IMG/VR virus record: IMGVR_UViG_3300044641_010328 | Span: 1 to 64,000 of that record | Strand: one strand, 5' to 3' | From: a virus | Length of the DNA stretch: 64,000 nt | Part shown: piece by piece, positions 25,613-33,772 of the stretch | Layout of the letters: the number at the start of each line of letters is the position of its first letter | Position numbering within the stretch: position 1 is the stretch's first letter | Program-made: the position numbers and the translations under genes | Notes under the pieces: generated by a model | Seen by the model: only the letters and a program-made list of their open reading frames with translations | Databases searched by the model: none | Told to the model about the DNA's origin: nothing

Positions 25613-25641
25613 ATTATAACACAGGTCTCGATACACGCACG
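25613..25641 (-). promoter_or_regulatory. Promoter GTGCGT-N16-TATAAT upstream of the sigma gene
   Basis: Same spacing as the other class members. Confidence 0.6.
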
Positions 25642-25667
25642 CGTGGTCGCCACGATGGGCGACCACG
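25642..25667 (-). terminator. Stem-loop after hsp20
   Basis: CGTGGTCGCC/GGCGACCACG. Confidence 0.6.
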
Positions 25668-25673
25668 ACATGT

Positions 25674-26048
25674 TTAGCGAAGCTCGATCTTTCGAACTGT
25701 ATCGCGTGTGCTCTGGTTGTAGGGGATCTTGACGCTCAAGATACCTGCATCATAGGATGCATCAACTGCTTCAGTGTTCGCATTCTTTGGTAGCGACCAA
25801 GTTCGACTATAACTGGCAAGCGAGATTTGCTGAGTTGAGTACTCATATTCCTCACGCTTCTCTTCAGCCCGCTTTGCCTTGACGGTCAGCCTGCCGCCGT
25901 TGACCTCGACATCAATGTCAGATCGAGAGAATCCAGGCAGTGAAACCTGCAGCAGGATCTCCTTGCCATTGTGGCCGACGTTAATTGGTGCGTCGGTCTC
26001 GTTTCGATTTGTGAAGAAGATATCAAAAGGATCGTTCCAAAAAGTCAT
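25674..26048 (-). CDS. Small heat-shock protein Hsp20
   Basis: [33 protein letters not shown]. Confidence 0.92.
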   Translation of the reverse strand: MTFWNDPFDIFFTNRNETDAPINVGHNGKEILLQVSLPGFSRSDIDVEVNGGRLTVKAKRAEEKREEYEYSTQQISLASYSRTWSLPKNANTEAVDASYDAGILSVKIPYNQSTRDTVRKIELR

Positions 26049-26072
26049 GTTGCCTCCAAGTGTTCCCAAGAT

Positions 26073-26309
26073 TTAGACACGATCTTCGTAGTGGTAACCA
26101 TCTCGATGCATTTTTTCGATATATTTTTCACGAAGCTCTCGAATGTGAAGCTCGCGCTGGACGTAGCTTAGCTCCACCTCGATGAGTCCGGTGTCACCAC
26201 CATTGCGACGAACATATCGAATCTGGTCCTTGAACCTATTCTGCATGGTCTCAAGCTCGTGAACCTCAAGCAATGCAAGCTCATCAAACGTATTGATCTT
26301 CAAGCTCAT
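26073..26309 (-). CDS. Hypothetical protein
   Basis: 78 aa ORF with GGAG RBS. Confidence 0.65.
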   Translation of the reverse strand: MSLKINTFDELALLEVHELETMQNRFKDQIRYVRRNGGDTGLIEVELSYVQRELHIRELREKYIEKMHRDGYHYEDRV

Positions 26310-26369
26310 TTCTCCATTTATTCCTGTTGGATGTGATCATCTTACATAAAGTCGCATCTACTTTACATC

Positions 26370-26579
26370 TTAGGTGCGACGAAGTTGCACAAAGCGACCA
26401 AATCGTGATTTTAGATCCTGAGCGACATCAGTGAATGGGCGCGCAAGCAGGACAGTCGAGACGTAGACGCCTCTTGCCTGCCTGATCTCACCGTGACGCT
26501 TGATTGAATTGCTGATGTTTAGATACCCAAGACCAACCTCGAGGTCAGTCTTGTTTCCTGCAATTAGGTGGGCTGTCAT
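26370..26579 (-). CDS. Hypothetical protein
   Basis: 69 aa ORF, ATGA-coupled. Confidence 0.55.
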   Translation of the reverse strand: MTAHLIAGNKTDLEVGLGYLNISNSIKRHGEIRQARGVYVSTVLLARPFTDVAQDLKSRFGRFVQLRRT

Positions 26580-26917
26580 ATAACGATTGGCTCGCCCTTA
26601 TAGGTTACAGTGCGACCACCAACCTTTTCAACCTTAATGTGCTTAACATCTGGCAGCTTCTTGACAAACTTGCAGAGATCGACAAGATTCTTATACAGTG
26701 TGCCGCCCTTTGGGAGGAACTTGATGTAGACATCAAGAACTGTGCCGCCGGCATGCGAACGCTCGACTCGGTCAGACTGGCCAACCGTGGCAACCGTTGG
26801 CAAGCACCTAATCAGAAGCATGGTGTCAGGGACGTGAGCATTCTCAAGCATCTTTATTGACACGTCAACTTTGACGAGCTTGCTGGTTATAGTCTTGTCT
26901 TCATGAAGTGCTTGCAT
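26576..26917 (-). CDS. Hypothetical protein
   Basis: 113 aa ORF preceded by ATACATA. Confidence 0.65.
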   Translation of the reverse strand: MQALHEDKTITSKLVKVDVSIKMLENAHVPDTMLLIRCLPTVATVGQSDRVERSHAGGTVLDVYIKFLPKGGTLYKNLVDLCKFVKKLPDVKHIKVEKVGGRTVTYKGEPIVI

Positions 26918-26922
26918 CTATG

Positions 26923-28527
26923 CTATGTATTCGGCTGTCCAGCATCGTCCTCGACGATTGAGCATCCCGCGGTAAGCATCATTCCTGCAGCTGAGGCTGC
27001 ATTTCGAAGCGCGCAGCGCACAACTCGAGCCGGATCGATGATTCCCATCTCAAGCATGTCTCCGTACTGCTCAGCATAGGCGTTATATCCGAGACGATCG
27101 CTGCCTTCTAGCACACGTGCCAGGACAATATCAGGGACGCCTCCGCTATTCGCAACGATCTGACGAAGAGGCATGCAGCAAGCGGTCCTGACAACATGCC
27201 GCCCAGCTGCCTCGGATCCCGTCAGGCTTCCGGATGAGAGCTTGACAGAGGCTCGAGATAGAGCGACGCCGCCGCCGGGGACGATGCCCTCTTTCAGGGC
27301 TGCCTGAGTTGCATGTAGCGCGTCGTCAACTCGATCTCGGCGCTCCCTTAGCTCTGCCTCAGTCGCACCGCCGACTCGGAGGACAGCAACACCGCCAGAA
27401 AGGAGAGCAAGCCTGCGCCGGCAGTGCTCGCGCTCATCAAGATCCGATGTCTCCTCAGCACGAGACCTGATCTCTGCCACCCTGTCTGCAAAAGTCTCAG
27501 TGTTGCCCTTTGCACCGACAAGTATCGTTTCGCCCTTGCTGATTGTGGCGCGTGTGCAAGATCCCAGGGAATCAAGCGAAACGCTGCCGAGCGACTGGAT
27601 ATCAGCGCTGTGGAAGACTGATGTGCCAAGCAGGCTTGCAAGGTCCTGCGCAAAATCATATCTGCTCTCACCCAGGCCGGGCAGCCTGATCGCGCAGACA
27701 TTGAGGATGCCCTTCAGCTTGTTGACAACGAGGCCCTGGAGTGCCTCTCCGTCGACATCCTCACAAATGAGAAGCAGCGCTCGCTTGGCAGCGAGGATCC
27801 GCTCGAGGAAAGGTGCAAGATCTCGCAAGGTATCAAGGCGCGCATTTAGGACGAGAACAACAGGCTTGTCAAGCTCGCACACCATCTTGTCCTGATTGGT
27901 GACAAAGTAGGGCGACAGGTAGCCTCTGTCAAGGCGTGCACCGGAGACCACACTGAGAGAGCTGTTGAATCCCTTTGCCTCCTCGACTGTGACAACACCG
28001 TCCTGCCCAACAGTCTCAATCGCGGATGCAATCAGTTGCCCAAGATCCGACTCGCCGTTCGCGGAAACTGTGGCAACCCTGAGCAGATCGTCCTTGCCGT
28101 TGACAGGAGAGGAGAGCCTGCTGACCTCCTCGAGCGCAATCTCAACAGCAGCATCGATCCCCTTCTTCAGGTCAGATGCAGAGTATCCTGCTGCAAGCAT
28201 CTTGAGACCCTCAGCATAGATCGCCTGCGTGAGGACTGTTGCTGTCGTTGTGCCGTCACCCGCCTCCTCAGCAGTGCGAGAGGCGGCCTCCTTGATCATC
28301 TGCGCACCAAGGTTCGCAACCTTGTCAGACAGGTTGATCGCGCGCGCGACAGTGACTCCGTCCTTTGTTAGAATCGGATGCTGTCCTTTCTGCTCAATGA
28401 TGACATTTCTGCCACGCGGGCCCATCGTCACCTTGACTGCATCAGCAAGGACGTTGACGCCCTTCAGCAACCTGTCTCGAGTATCAGCATCGAAAATTAC
28501 GAGCTTGTCTGTCTCTTCGCCGATCAT
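26923..28527 (-). CDS. groEL: Chaperonin GroEL
   Basis: VTMGPRGRNV, TKDGVTVA, AGDGTTTATVL, GIVPGGG, GIIDP; no GGM tail. Confidence 0.97.
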   Translation of the reverse strand: MIGEETDKLVIFDADTRDRLLKGVNVLADAVKVTMGPRGRNVIIEQKGQHPILTKDGVTVARAINLSDKVANLGAQMIKEAASRTAEEAGDGTTTATVLTQAIYAEGLKMLAAGYSASDLKKGIDAAVEIALEEVSRLSSPVNGKDDLLRVATVSANGESDLGQLIASAIETVGQDGVVTVEEAKGFNSSLSVVSGARLDRGYLSPYFVTNQDKMVCELDKPVVLVLNARLDTLRDLAPFLERILAAKRALLLICEDVDGEALQGLVVNKLKGILNVCAIRLPGLGESRYDFAQDLASLLGTSVFHSADIQSLGSVSLDSLGSCTRATISKGETILVGAKGNTETFADRVAEIRSRAEETSDLDEREHCRRRLALLSGGVAVLRVGGATEAELRERRDRVDDALHATQAALKEGIVPGGGVALSRASVKLSSGSLTGSEAAGRHVVRTACCMPLRQIVANSGGVPDIVLARVLEGSDRLGYNAYAEQYGDMLEMGIIDPARVVRCALRNAASAAGMMLTAGCSIVEDDAGQPNT

Positions 28528-28712
28528 CCCTTTAGCACCTGTCGACCTGTGACCTCAGAGAGAATGCTCGGCTTCTCAATGACGCGACGATTTCCGTTCG
28601 TGACATCCTCAGCCACAAAGAGATCGCCGACGCGCTTGGCGACCTCATTCTGTGTGATCACGCCGCTCTGGCGTAGTAGGGTCTGCTGTGAATCTGTTAG
28701 ATATGTTTCCAT
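28524..28712 (-). CDS. Small protein coupled to groEL
   Basis: 62 aa, ATGA overlap with the groEL start. Confidence 0.6.
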   Translation of the reverse strand: METYLTDSQQTLLRQSGVITQNEVAKRVGDLFVAEDVTNGNRRVIEKPSILSEVTGRQVLKG

Positions 28713-28738
28713 GAGAAAATCATAGTCACCTTTTCGAT

Positions 28739-29539
28739 CTAGTAAATAACCTCAAATGTTTGAGCAAACTTCGGCCATGCAGTGTCATTGATGACCGAGA
28801 AGAATCGCATGTCAAGAAAGCGAGACCTCAGAGCGCTCAGATCCTTGACCGGCTCCTTGAACTCGATCTCAGGCATGCTCACGATCTTGAAGCGAATGAG
28901 CTCAAGGTTGCGCGCATAGTCAGCACGATTTGTTCCCTCGTTCAGAAAGCTCTCGAGCTTGTCGGGATTTGCGAGCATCTTCTCTGCTGCCTTATCTGTC
29001 ATCTTTCCAACTGGAGGAACATTATCTGTCTTATCGCCTCGCAGCGCCTTCCAGGCGACGTAGTCGTAGGTGACACCTTCCGTGTATGTCTTCTTGATGG
29101 GATTGAAGAGCTTAACATTGGGCAGCGCTAGAAGCTGGATGAAGTCAGTATCTGTGGAGACAACGAAGCACTCATCGTCAGCGTGCGCATGGACAAGCGA
29201 TGCGATGGTGTCATCACATTCCATGTCTGGGTGCTTGGCAAGGGTGATCGGCACGTGCTGGAGCATATCAATGATGATGCGCTTCTGCCGACGAAACTCT
29301 GCCATCTCGTCCCACTTTGGAGTTCCGGGCTCAATCTGCCGGTTTGCCTTGTATTCACCGTCAAGCTGCTGACGATGGATTGGCACGCCTTCCAGCACAA
29401 GATAGATCTTGTCGGGTGAGAGCTCCTCAATCAAGGGTCGAAGGCTCCGAAAGAAGGTGTAGATGATTCCATTCTCACCCTTTGCACCGAATCGAGAGCG
29501 ATGCATCAGGTTGTAGCCGTCAAGGAGCGCGATTCGCAT
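28739..29539 (-). CDS. 5'-3' exonuclease / flap endonuclease (T4 RNase H-like)
   Basis: LLDGYNL, YKANR, ECDD.IA, STDTDF.Q, LRGDKTDNV. Confidence 0.92.
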   Translation of the reverse strand: MRIALLDGYNLMHRSRFGAKGENGIIYTFFRSLRPLIEELSPDKIYLVLEGVPIHRQQLDGEYKANRQIEPGTPKWDEMAEFRRQKRIIIDMLQHVPITLAKHPDMECDDTIASLVHAHADDECFVVSTDTDFIQLLALPNVKLFNPIKKTYTEGVTYDYVAWKALRGDKTDNVPPVGKMTDKAAEKMLANPDKLESFLNEGTNRADYARNLELIRFKIVSMPEIEFKEPVKDLSALRSRFLDMRFFSVINDTAWPKFAQTFEVIY

Positions 29540-29557
29540 TTAGGTTTACCTCTTCCT

Positions 29558-29896
29558 CTATTCTACACCATCTTGGTCGTCTCGCACGGGATCGCGCGAG
29601 GCCGCTTCCTCATTGAGGGCGCGTGACATGCGAGACGCCTTCTCGATCATCGTGTCGATCGTCTTGATCGCGTTTTCAATCATGTGCGTCCGAATATCCT
29701 GAACTGTCGTGAACACAGAAGCGTCGATGTCTGATAGGCTCACAGTGTTCCGGTCCTTTGTGGGAAGCGCAACCTTGTAGCTCACTTCCTCAGATCCTAC
29801 TCTCTTCCTAACGATCTCCTCCTCAACGCGAGCAGGAAAAATCTTCATCTCATTGTTGCTCAAGAGGTAGATAATCTGTCCAACTTCATATTTCAT
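29558..29896 (-). CDS. Hypothetical protein
   Basis: 112 aa ORF. Confidence 0.7.
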   Translation of the reverse strand: MKYEVGQIIYLLSNNEMKIFPARVEEEIVRKRVGSEEVSYKVALPTKDRNTVSLSDIDASVFTTVQDIRTHMIENAIKTIDTMIEKASRMSRALNEEAASRDPVRDDQDGVE

Positions 29897-29902
29897 AAAA
29901 AA

Positions 29903-29934
29903 ACTCCAGCCTGCTAAGTCTAACAGGCTGGAGT
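29903..29934 (-). terminator. Terminator hairpin whose 3' arm contains the next gene's RBS
   Basis: ACTCCAGCCTG/CAGGCTGGAGT followed by a T run and ATG. Confidence 0.65.
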
Positions 29935-29958
29935 AGATTTTTTAATATTATCTTCTAT

Positions 29959-30504
29959 TTAGCGCTTAAAACCAACTCCAAATCCGCCACGAGCAACCTG
30001 GCCGACGCGAGAAGCGCCTGGCTTGTTGGCGCCGTAGACCCAAGAGCCGCTCTTGTCCGACAATGCTCTTCTGATCTCGTCCTGGACAGTCTCGCGAACT
30101 GTGGCTTCCTCAAGGCGACGCTGACGCATGTCAACGAGCGCCTCCATGAGTGACATCTCATCAATCTCGTACATCTCGTCGTCGTCGATCATGCCACCCA
30201 TCTCTTCCATGTGGTAGCCCTCGTCCTCGCCTTCCATGTAGTGGCCTTCGTACTCACCTTCCTCCATGTAGTAGCCCTCGTCCTCTTCCTCCATCTTTGG
30301 AGCAATGGGAGCAGCGCCTGGCTTTGCTGCGGGTGCGGGAGCCATCGGCTTCTTGGCAGCCATTGGGGGCATCGGAGGTGCCTTAGCGCCAGCAGCAGGA
30401 GCAGCAGGCTTTCCCATGGCGGGTGCGGCTGCCTCAGAAAGAAGGCCACCGGACGCAGCACCTAAGCCGGCAAGCTCACAGATACGATCGACGTTAAAGC
30501 GCAT
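29959..30504 (-). CDS. Low-complexity Pro/Ala then Glu/Met-rich protein (scaffold or core-like)
   Basis: LAGL..LLSE; three EG[YH][YH]ME repeats; ATAGATA upstream. Confidence 0.7.
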   Translation of the reverse strand: MRFNVDRICELAGLGAASGGLLSEAAAPAMGKPAAPAAGAKAPPMPPMAAKKPMAPAPAAKPGAAPIAPKMEEEDEGYYMEEGEYEGHYMEGEDEGYHMEEMGGMIDDDEMYEIDEMSLMEALVDMRQRRLEEATVRETVQDEIRRALSDKSGSWVYGANKPGASRVGQVARGGFGVGFKR

Positions 30505-30528
30505 AAAAACTCCTATGACATCGACTAT

Positions 30529-30870
30529 CTATCCATCAGCAGCAGTTTTTTCCGACTGCTTCATAATTTTTTCGCCTTTCTGCATCGCCTGCTCGAGAGG
30601 TTCGAGACCAAGGGCAGATCGAACAGCATCAAAAGAGGCAGGAGATAGAGATGACTTCAGCACTGCCATGTCTGCATACTGGTGCATATCAAGCTGGAAG
30701 ATAGGCAGCTGATCACCGTCAGGGCTTGTCTCAGACTCGTCTGTCTCTCTCGACTCAAGGATGTACAGAAGCTTTGGCATCTCCTCTCCATCCGGAACGT
30801 GAATAAACGGGAATCGAGCAGAGACGCCGTTGTCGTCAAGCTCGTAAGAAATCTCAGGATACCAAGTCAT
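30529..30870 (-). CDS. Hypothetical protein
   Basis: 113 aa ORF. Confidence 0.7.
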   Translation of the reverse strand: MTWYPEISYELDDNGVSARFPFIHVPDGEEMPKLLYILESRETDESETSPDGDQLPIFQLDMHQYADMAVLKSSLSPASFDAVRSALGLEPLEQAMQKGEKIMKQSEKTAADG

Positions 30871-30919
30871 TTTATTCCTAATGTATGATTCTTAGCATCA
30901 GAGGCACAAAGTAAAACGT

Positions 30920-31789
30920 CTACCTTGTTCCAGTTATTTCATTGATGTGAATCCGGGCGCGCTTTATCTCATCATCTTTTGATATTCTACTGAAGGTATC
31001 TTCGTAGACTTTTTGAAGTTTAGACTTCAATTGCTCATCATTTCTAATGCCCTTAGATTCAAGGATTTTTACATCATCGCCAAGGGCAGTCTGGATCATA
31101 TCTGCGCAGTGAACTATTAGATAGGTGTAAGTAAACTTCTTCAGAGTTTCAGTTTTTCCTGCTTCTTGGCTAGTGTTTGTTATGAGGGTATCAAGGTCAC
31201 CCTTGACGCTATCTGTGTACCCAGGAAAATTTGAAAAGAATTCATCATAGCTGTTTGCAACTAGAAGCTTATCTGTTTTTTCTTTGTAGTTTTGTTCAAG
31301 CTTTGAAAAAGAAGTTGCTAAATCGTCAGTGCTCGTAGCAAGATCCTTAGTTTGCAGAGCTCCTGATAGACTCCTCATTTTCTTGTTGACTATTGCTACA
31401 ACCTTTGTGTAAAAATCAGCAGCAGCATCTGTGGCATCTGATTTTTGTTTTTCATTCGCGCCCGAGTTTCCGCCGGAAAGCGCATATGCTGCTGCACCAA
31501 CGCCCGCAACCGCACCAACTGCGCCCCTGGGTGCAGATGCCCATGCAGTTGAAACAGCCTTAACGAGGCCAGGTCCCCTTTTTACAGGAATTGCTGCGGA
31601 GCCTACTGTCCAAAGTGAAGTGATTCCTGCTTTTAAATTCTTGACAAAAGCTGTCTCTTCTTCGCCTGCTGGCTGTGGGGTTTCTATCTCTTTCCCGCCA
31701 ATTATTTTTCTCTGAGTTCGAATCCAGGTTGCCTGTCCGACTTCCTCAAAAAGAAGCGACTGCCTAATATAGAATCTTAGGGCATTCAT
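30920..31789 (-). CDS. Hypothetical late protein with Gly/Ala hydrophobic segment
   Basis: MNALRFYIRQSLLFEE; GAVGAVAGVGAAAYAL. Confidence 0.7.
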   Translation of the reverse strand: MNALRFYIRQSLLFEEVGQATWIRTQRKIIGGKEIETPQPAGEEETAFVKNLKAGITSLWTVGSAAIPVKRGPGLVKAVSTAWASAPRGAVGAVAGVGAAAYALSGGNSGANEKQKSDATDAAADFYTKVVAIVNKKMRSLSGALQTKDLATSTDDLATSFSKLEQNYKEKTDKLLVANSYDEFFSNFPGYTDSVKGDLDTLITNTSQEAGKTETLKKFTYTYLIVHCADMIQTALGDDVKILESKGIRNDEQLKSKLQKVYEDTFSRISKDDEIKRARIHINEITGTR

Positions 31790-32001
31790 ATGTCATCCTC
31801 TGTGAGCACACCCACTCTCAATCCGTGTCTTGCTGCCCTTCTTTTGAGATCCCGAAGGCTCTCCATGGCACGAGATATCGTGAACCTCTCCTTTCTCTCG
31901 AGCCTGCCAAGGTGCCCACGCACACCATCGAGGTCACCGAGGATCCGATCAAGCTCGTGAAGGTACTCAAGAGTCCCGTAATTTTCAGGTATCTTTGCCA
32001 T
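31786..32001 (-). CDS. Hypothetical protein
   Basis: 71 aa ORF. Confidence 0.6.
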   Translation of the reverse strand: MAKIPENYGTLEYLHELDRILGDLDGVRGHLGRLERKERFTISRAMESLRDLKRRAARHGLRVGVLTEDDI

Positions 32002-32191
32002 CAGAATCTAAGTATTCTGCAGCGGCACGTTTGAAGGCCGTGTCTGACGCATCACGAAAGAATCTTACGATCATTGAGTCGGTGACAGCACTCGCTGGAA
32101 CAGAATGCTTCTTGGCAATGTGCTCCTCAAGCGCCTGAGTGACCTCAAGCTCCATATTTCCGCTAGGCGTTGATAGATTTATTCTTCTCAT
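31985..32191 (-). CDS. Hypothetical protein
   Basis: 68 aa ORF. Confidence 0.6.
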   Translation of the reverse strand: MRRINLSTPSGNMELEVTQALEEHIAKKHSVPASAVTDSMIVRFFRDASDTAFKRAAAEYLDSDGKDT

Positions 32192-32200
32192 GGAAGAAAT

Positions 32201-32908
32201 CTACGCCAGATTATTTCTCAGTAAATTACGGATCTTGGCACGATATGCCTCAGATACTGGGCTTCCTCCGCCTACCCTGATTGGGGGTGCTGTATCTTCT
32301 TCTGCGGATCCTGACGCCCCCTTTGGTGCGCTCGGAGCTGCAGCTGCCGGCGCCGGAGCAGCCTTCTTCTCTTGTCCAGGTGTCACAGTGGTCATGATGC
32401 CATACTGCTCAGGCTCTGCCGCCTGATCGCCTGTTGACTGCTGACGCATGATGGATCCAATGCTCCTCATCATGACAACAAGCGCAGCCTTCTCAGCATG
32501 CTCAAGCCTGTCAAAGTATGTGCGAAGCTGCTCCTCGACAGCGCTGTCGCTTGAGCCCTTTCCACCGCGAATCTCCTTAATTGCATCAACTAGATCTCCA
32601 ATCTCTGGATTGATCTGGTCAATTGACATCTCCTTGGGCGTGGGCGAGGTCTCAGCAGGTGTGGGTGCTGGCTTCTCCTCTGCAGGAGGAGGAGCGGCCG
32701 GAGCGGGAGAAGGGGGTGTCTTCTCGGGATCTTCCTCTGAGAGAGATGCCTTGCTCGCAGCGATCCGCTTGATCATTGAGGCTTGACGTCCAGCCTCTCC
32801 GGATCCAGCCTGGCTAACAGTCGCACGAGCGCTGTGGACACTTTCCTCAGCGAGCACCTTGAGAAATAGCTCAAGGTCGTTCTTCGTGTTCAGCTTGAAT
32901 GTGCTCAC
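32201..32908 (-). CDS. Hypothetical Pro/Ala-rich late protein
   Basis: LELFLKVLAEES; IRGGKGS motif. Confidence 0.7.
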   Translation of the reverse strand: MSTFKLNTKNDLELFLKVLAEESVHSARATVSQAGSGEAGRQASMIKRIAASKASLSEEDPEKTPPSPAPAAPPPAEEKPAPTPAETSPTPKEMSIDQINPEIGDLVDAIKEIRGGKGSSDSAVEEQLRTYFDRLEHAEKAALVVMMRSIGSIMRQQSTGDQAAEPEQYGIMTTVTPGQEKKAAPAPAAAAPSAPKGASGSAEEDTAPPIRVGGGSPVSEAYRAKIRNLLRNNLA

Positions 32909-33078
32909 TTTCCGCTCCTGTAGACGATCCTGTTCTGCGGGAGCTCTCTGTAGAGCTTATTATATCTGCGCTGCGGATGCTCTTCCTGCCCGTGGCCGTA
33001 CTCCTCGAGAAGGCGTCGACTCTCTTCCTCGCGCTTGCAGATGTCATCTATGAACTTGTCAAACTTGAAATCCTGCAT
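32905..33078 (-). CDS. 57-aa hypothetical protein (not in the ORF track)
   Basis: MQDFKFDKFIDDICKREEE...; GGAG RBS; ATAAATA upstream; GTGA-coupled to the next gene. Confidence 0.65.
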   Translation of the reverse strand: MQDFKFDKFIDDICKREEESRRLLEEYGHGQEEHPQRRYNKLYRELPQNRIVYRSGK

Positions 33079-33104
33079 GGGATTCTCCGATTAATCTTTA
33101 TTTA

Positions 33105-33422
33105 TTACGAACAAACGCTGATGATCAATCTTCCGCCTTCCGGTGATTGCTCCCATCCTGCCTGCTTTATTACGCCCCTGACAGATAGCTCTCCGCTCCC
33201 AATTGAGAGAACAGCATCGATGCCGAGGTAATTCTTGCAGATCCTGATGGCATCAGCTGGCTTTCCACGCGCCTGCACGCGTAAATTTTTTCCATCAGAG
33301 ATGAAAGAATCAAGATCGTACCGCGCTCCTGCAATCTCTATTGTACCAATATTCTCGTTTTCACCATCAATTTCTGTCTCGTCAATGATTCCAACGAGAG
33401 AATCGCTCAGGAAGAAGCTCAT
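33105..33422 (-). CDS. Hypothetical protein
   Basis: 105 aa ORF. Confidence 0.65.
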   Translation of the reverse strand: MSFFLSDSLVGIIDETEIDGENENIGTIEIAGARYDLDSFISDGKNLRVQARGKPADAIRICKNYLGIDAVLSIGSGELSVRGVIKQAGWEQSPEGGRLIISVCS

Positions 33423-33772
33423 TGTGCCATCACCACGAAGAGTGCGTCATCAAAGATGTTGTCACAGATCCTCGCAATGTCAAGATCAAGCTGCGTAATG
33501 TCTTCAAGAAAGCTTGTGCGTGTCTCAACGATGACCACGTTTGATTCAATCCCGATCTTGATTGCGTGATTTCTAGTGTCAACGTCCTTTAAGACCTCAG
33601 ATACAAAGTACCTCTGTTGACCAGGATCGTTAAATCTGTAGGCTCTTGCAAGTCGCCTCGGATTCTGAAGCTGTGCCCATTCTGATTTATCAATTTTTAC
33701 TGGCAAATCAGGCGCGTCAATAGAGTCTTGAACTGATCCTCTTAGCGACTCATTTAGAAAGTAGAAGCTCAT
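33419..33772 (-). CDS. Pterin-4a-carbinolamine dehydratase (PCD/DCoH)-fold protein
   Basis: W...L.R.Y.F.D....FV..V....NH..I.I...V.V...T...IT.LD..IA..CD. Confidence 0.65.
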   Translation of the reverse strand: MSFYFLNESLRGSVQDSIDAPDLPVKIDKSEWAQLQNPRRLARAYRFNDPGQQRYFVSEVLKDVDTRNHAIKIGIESNVVIVETRTSFLEDITQLDLDIARICDNIFDDALFVVMAQ

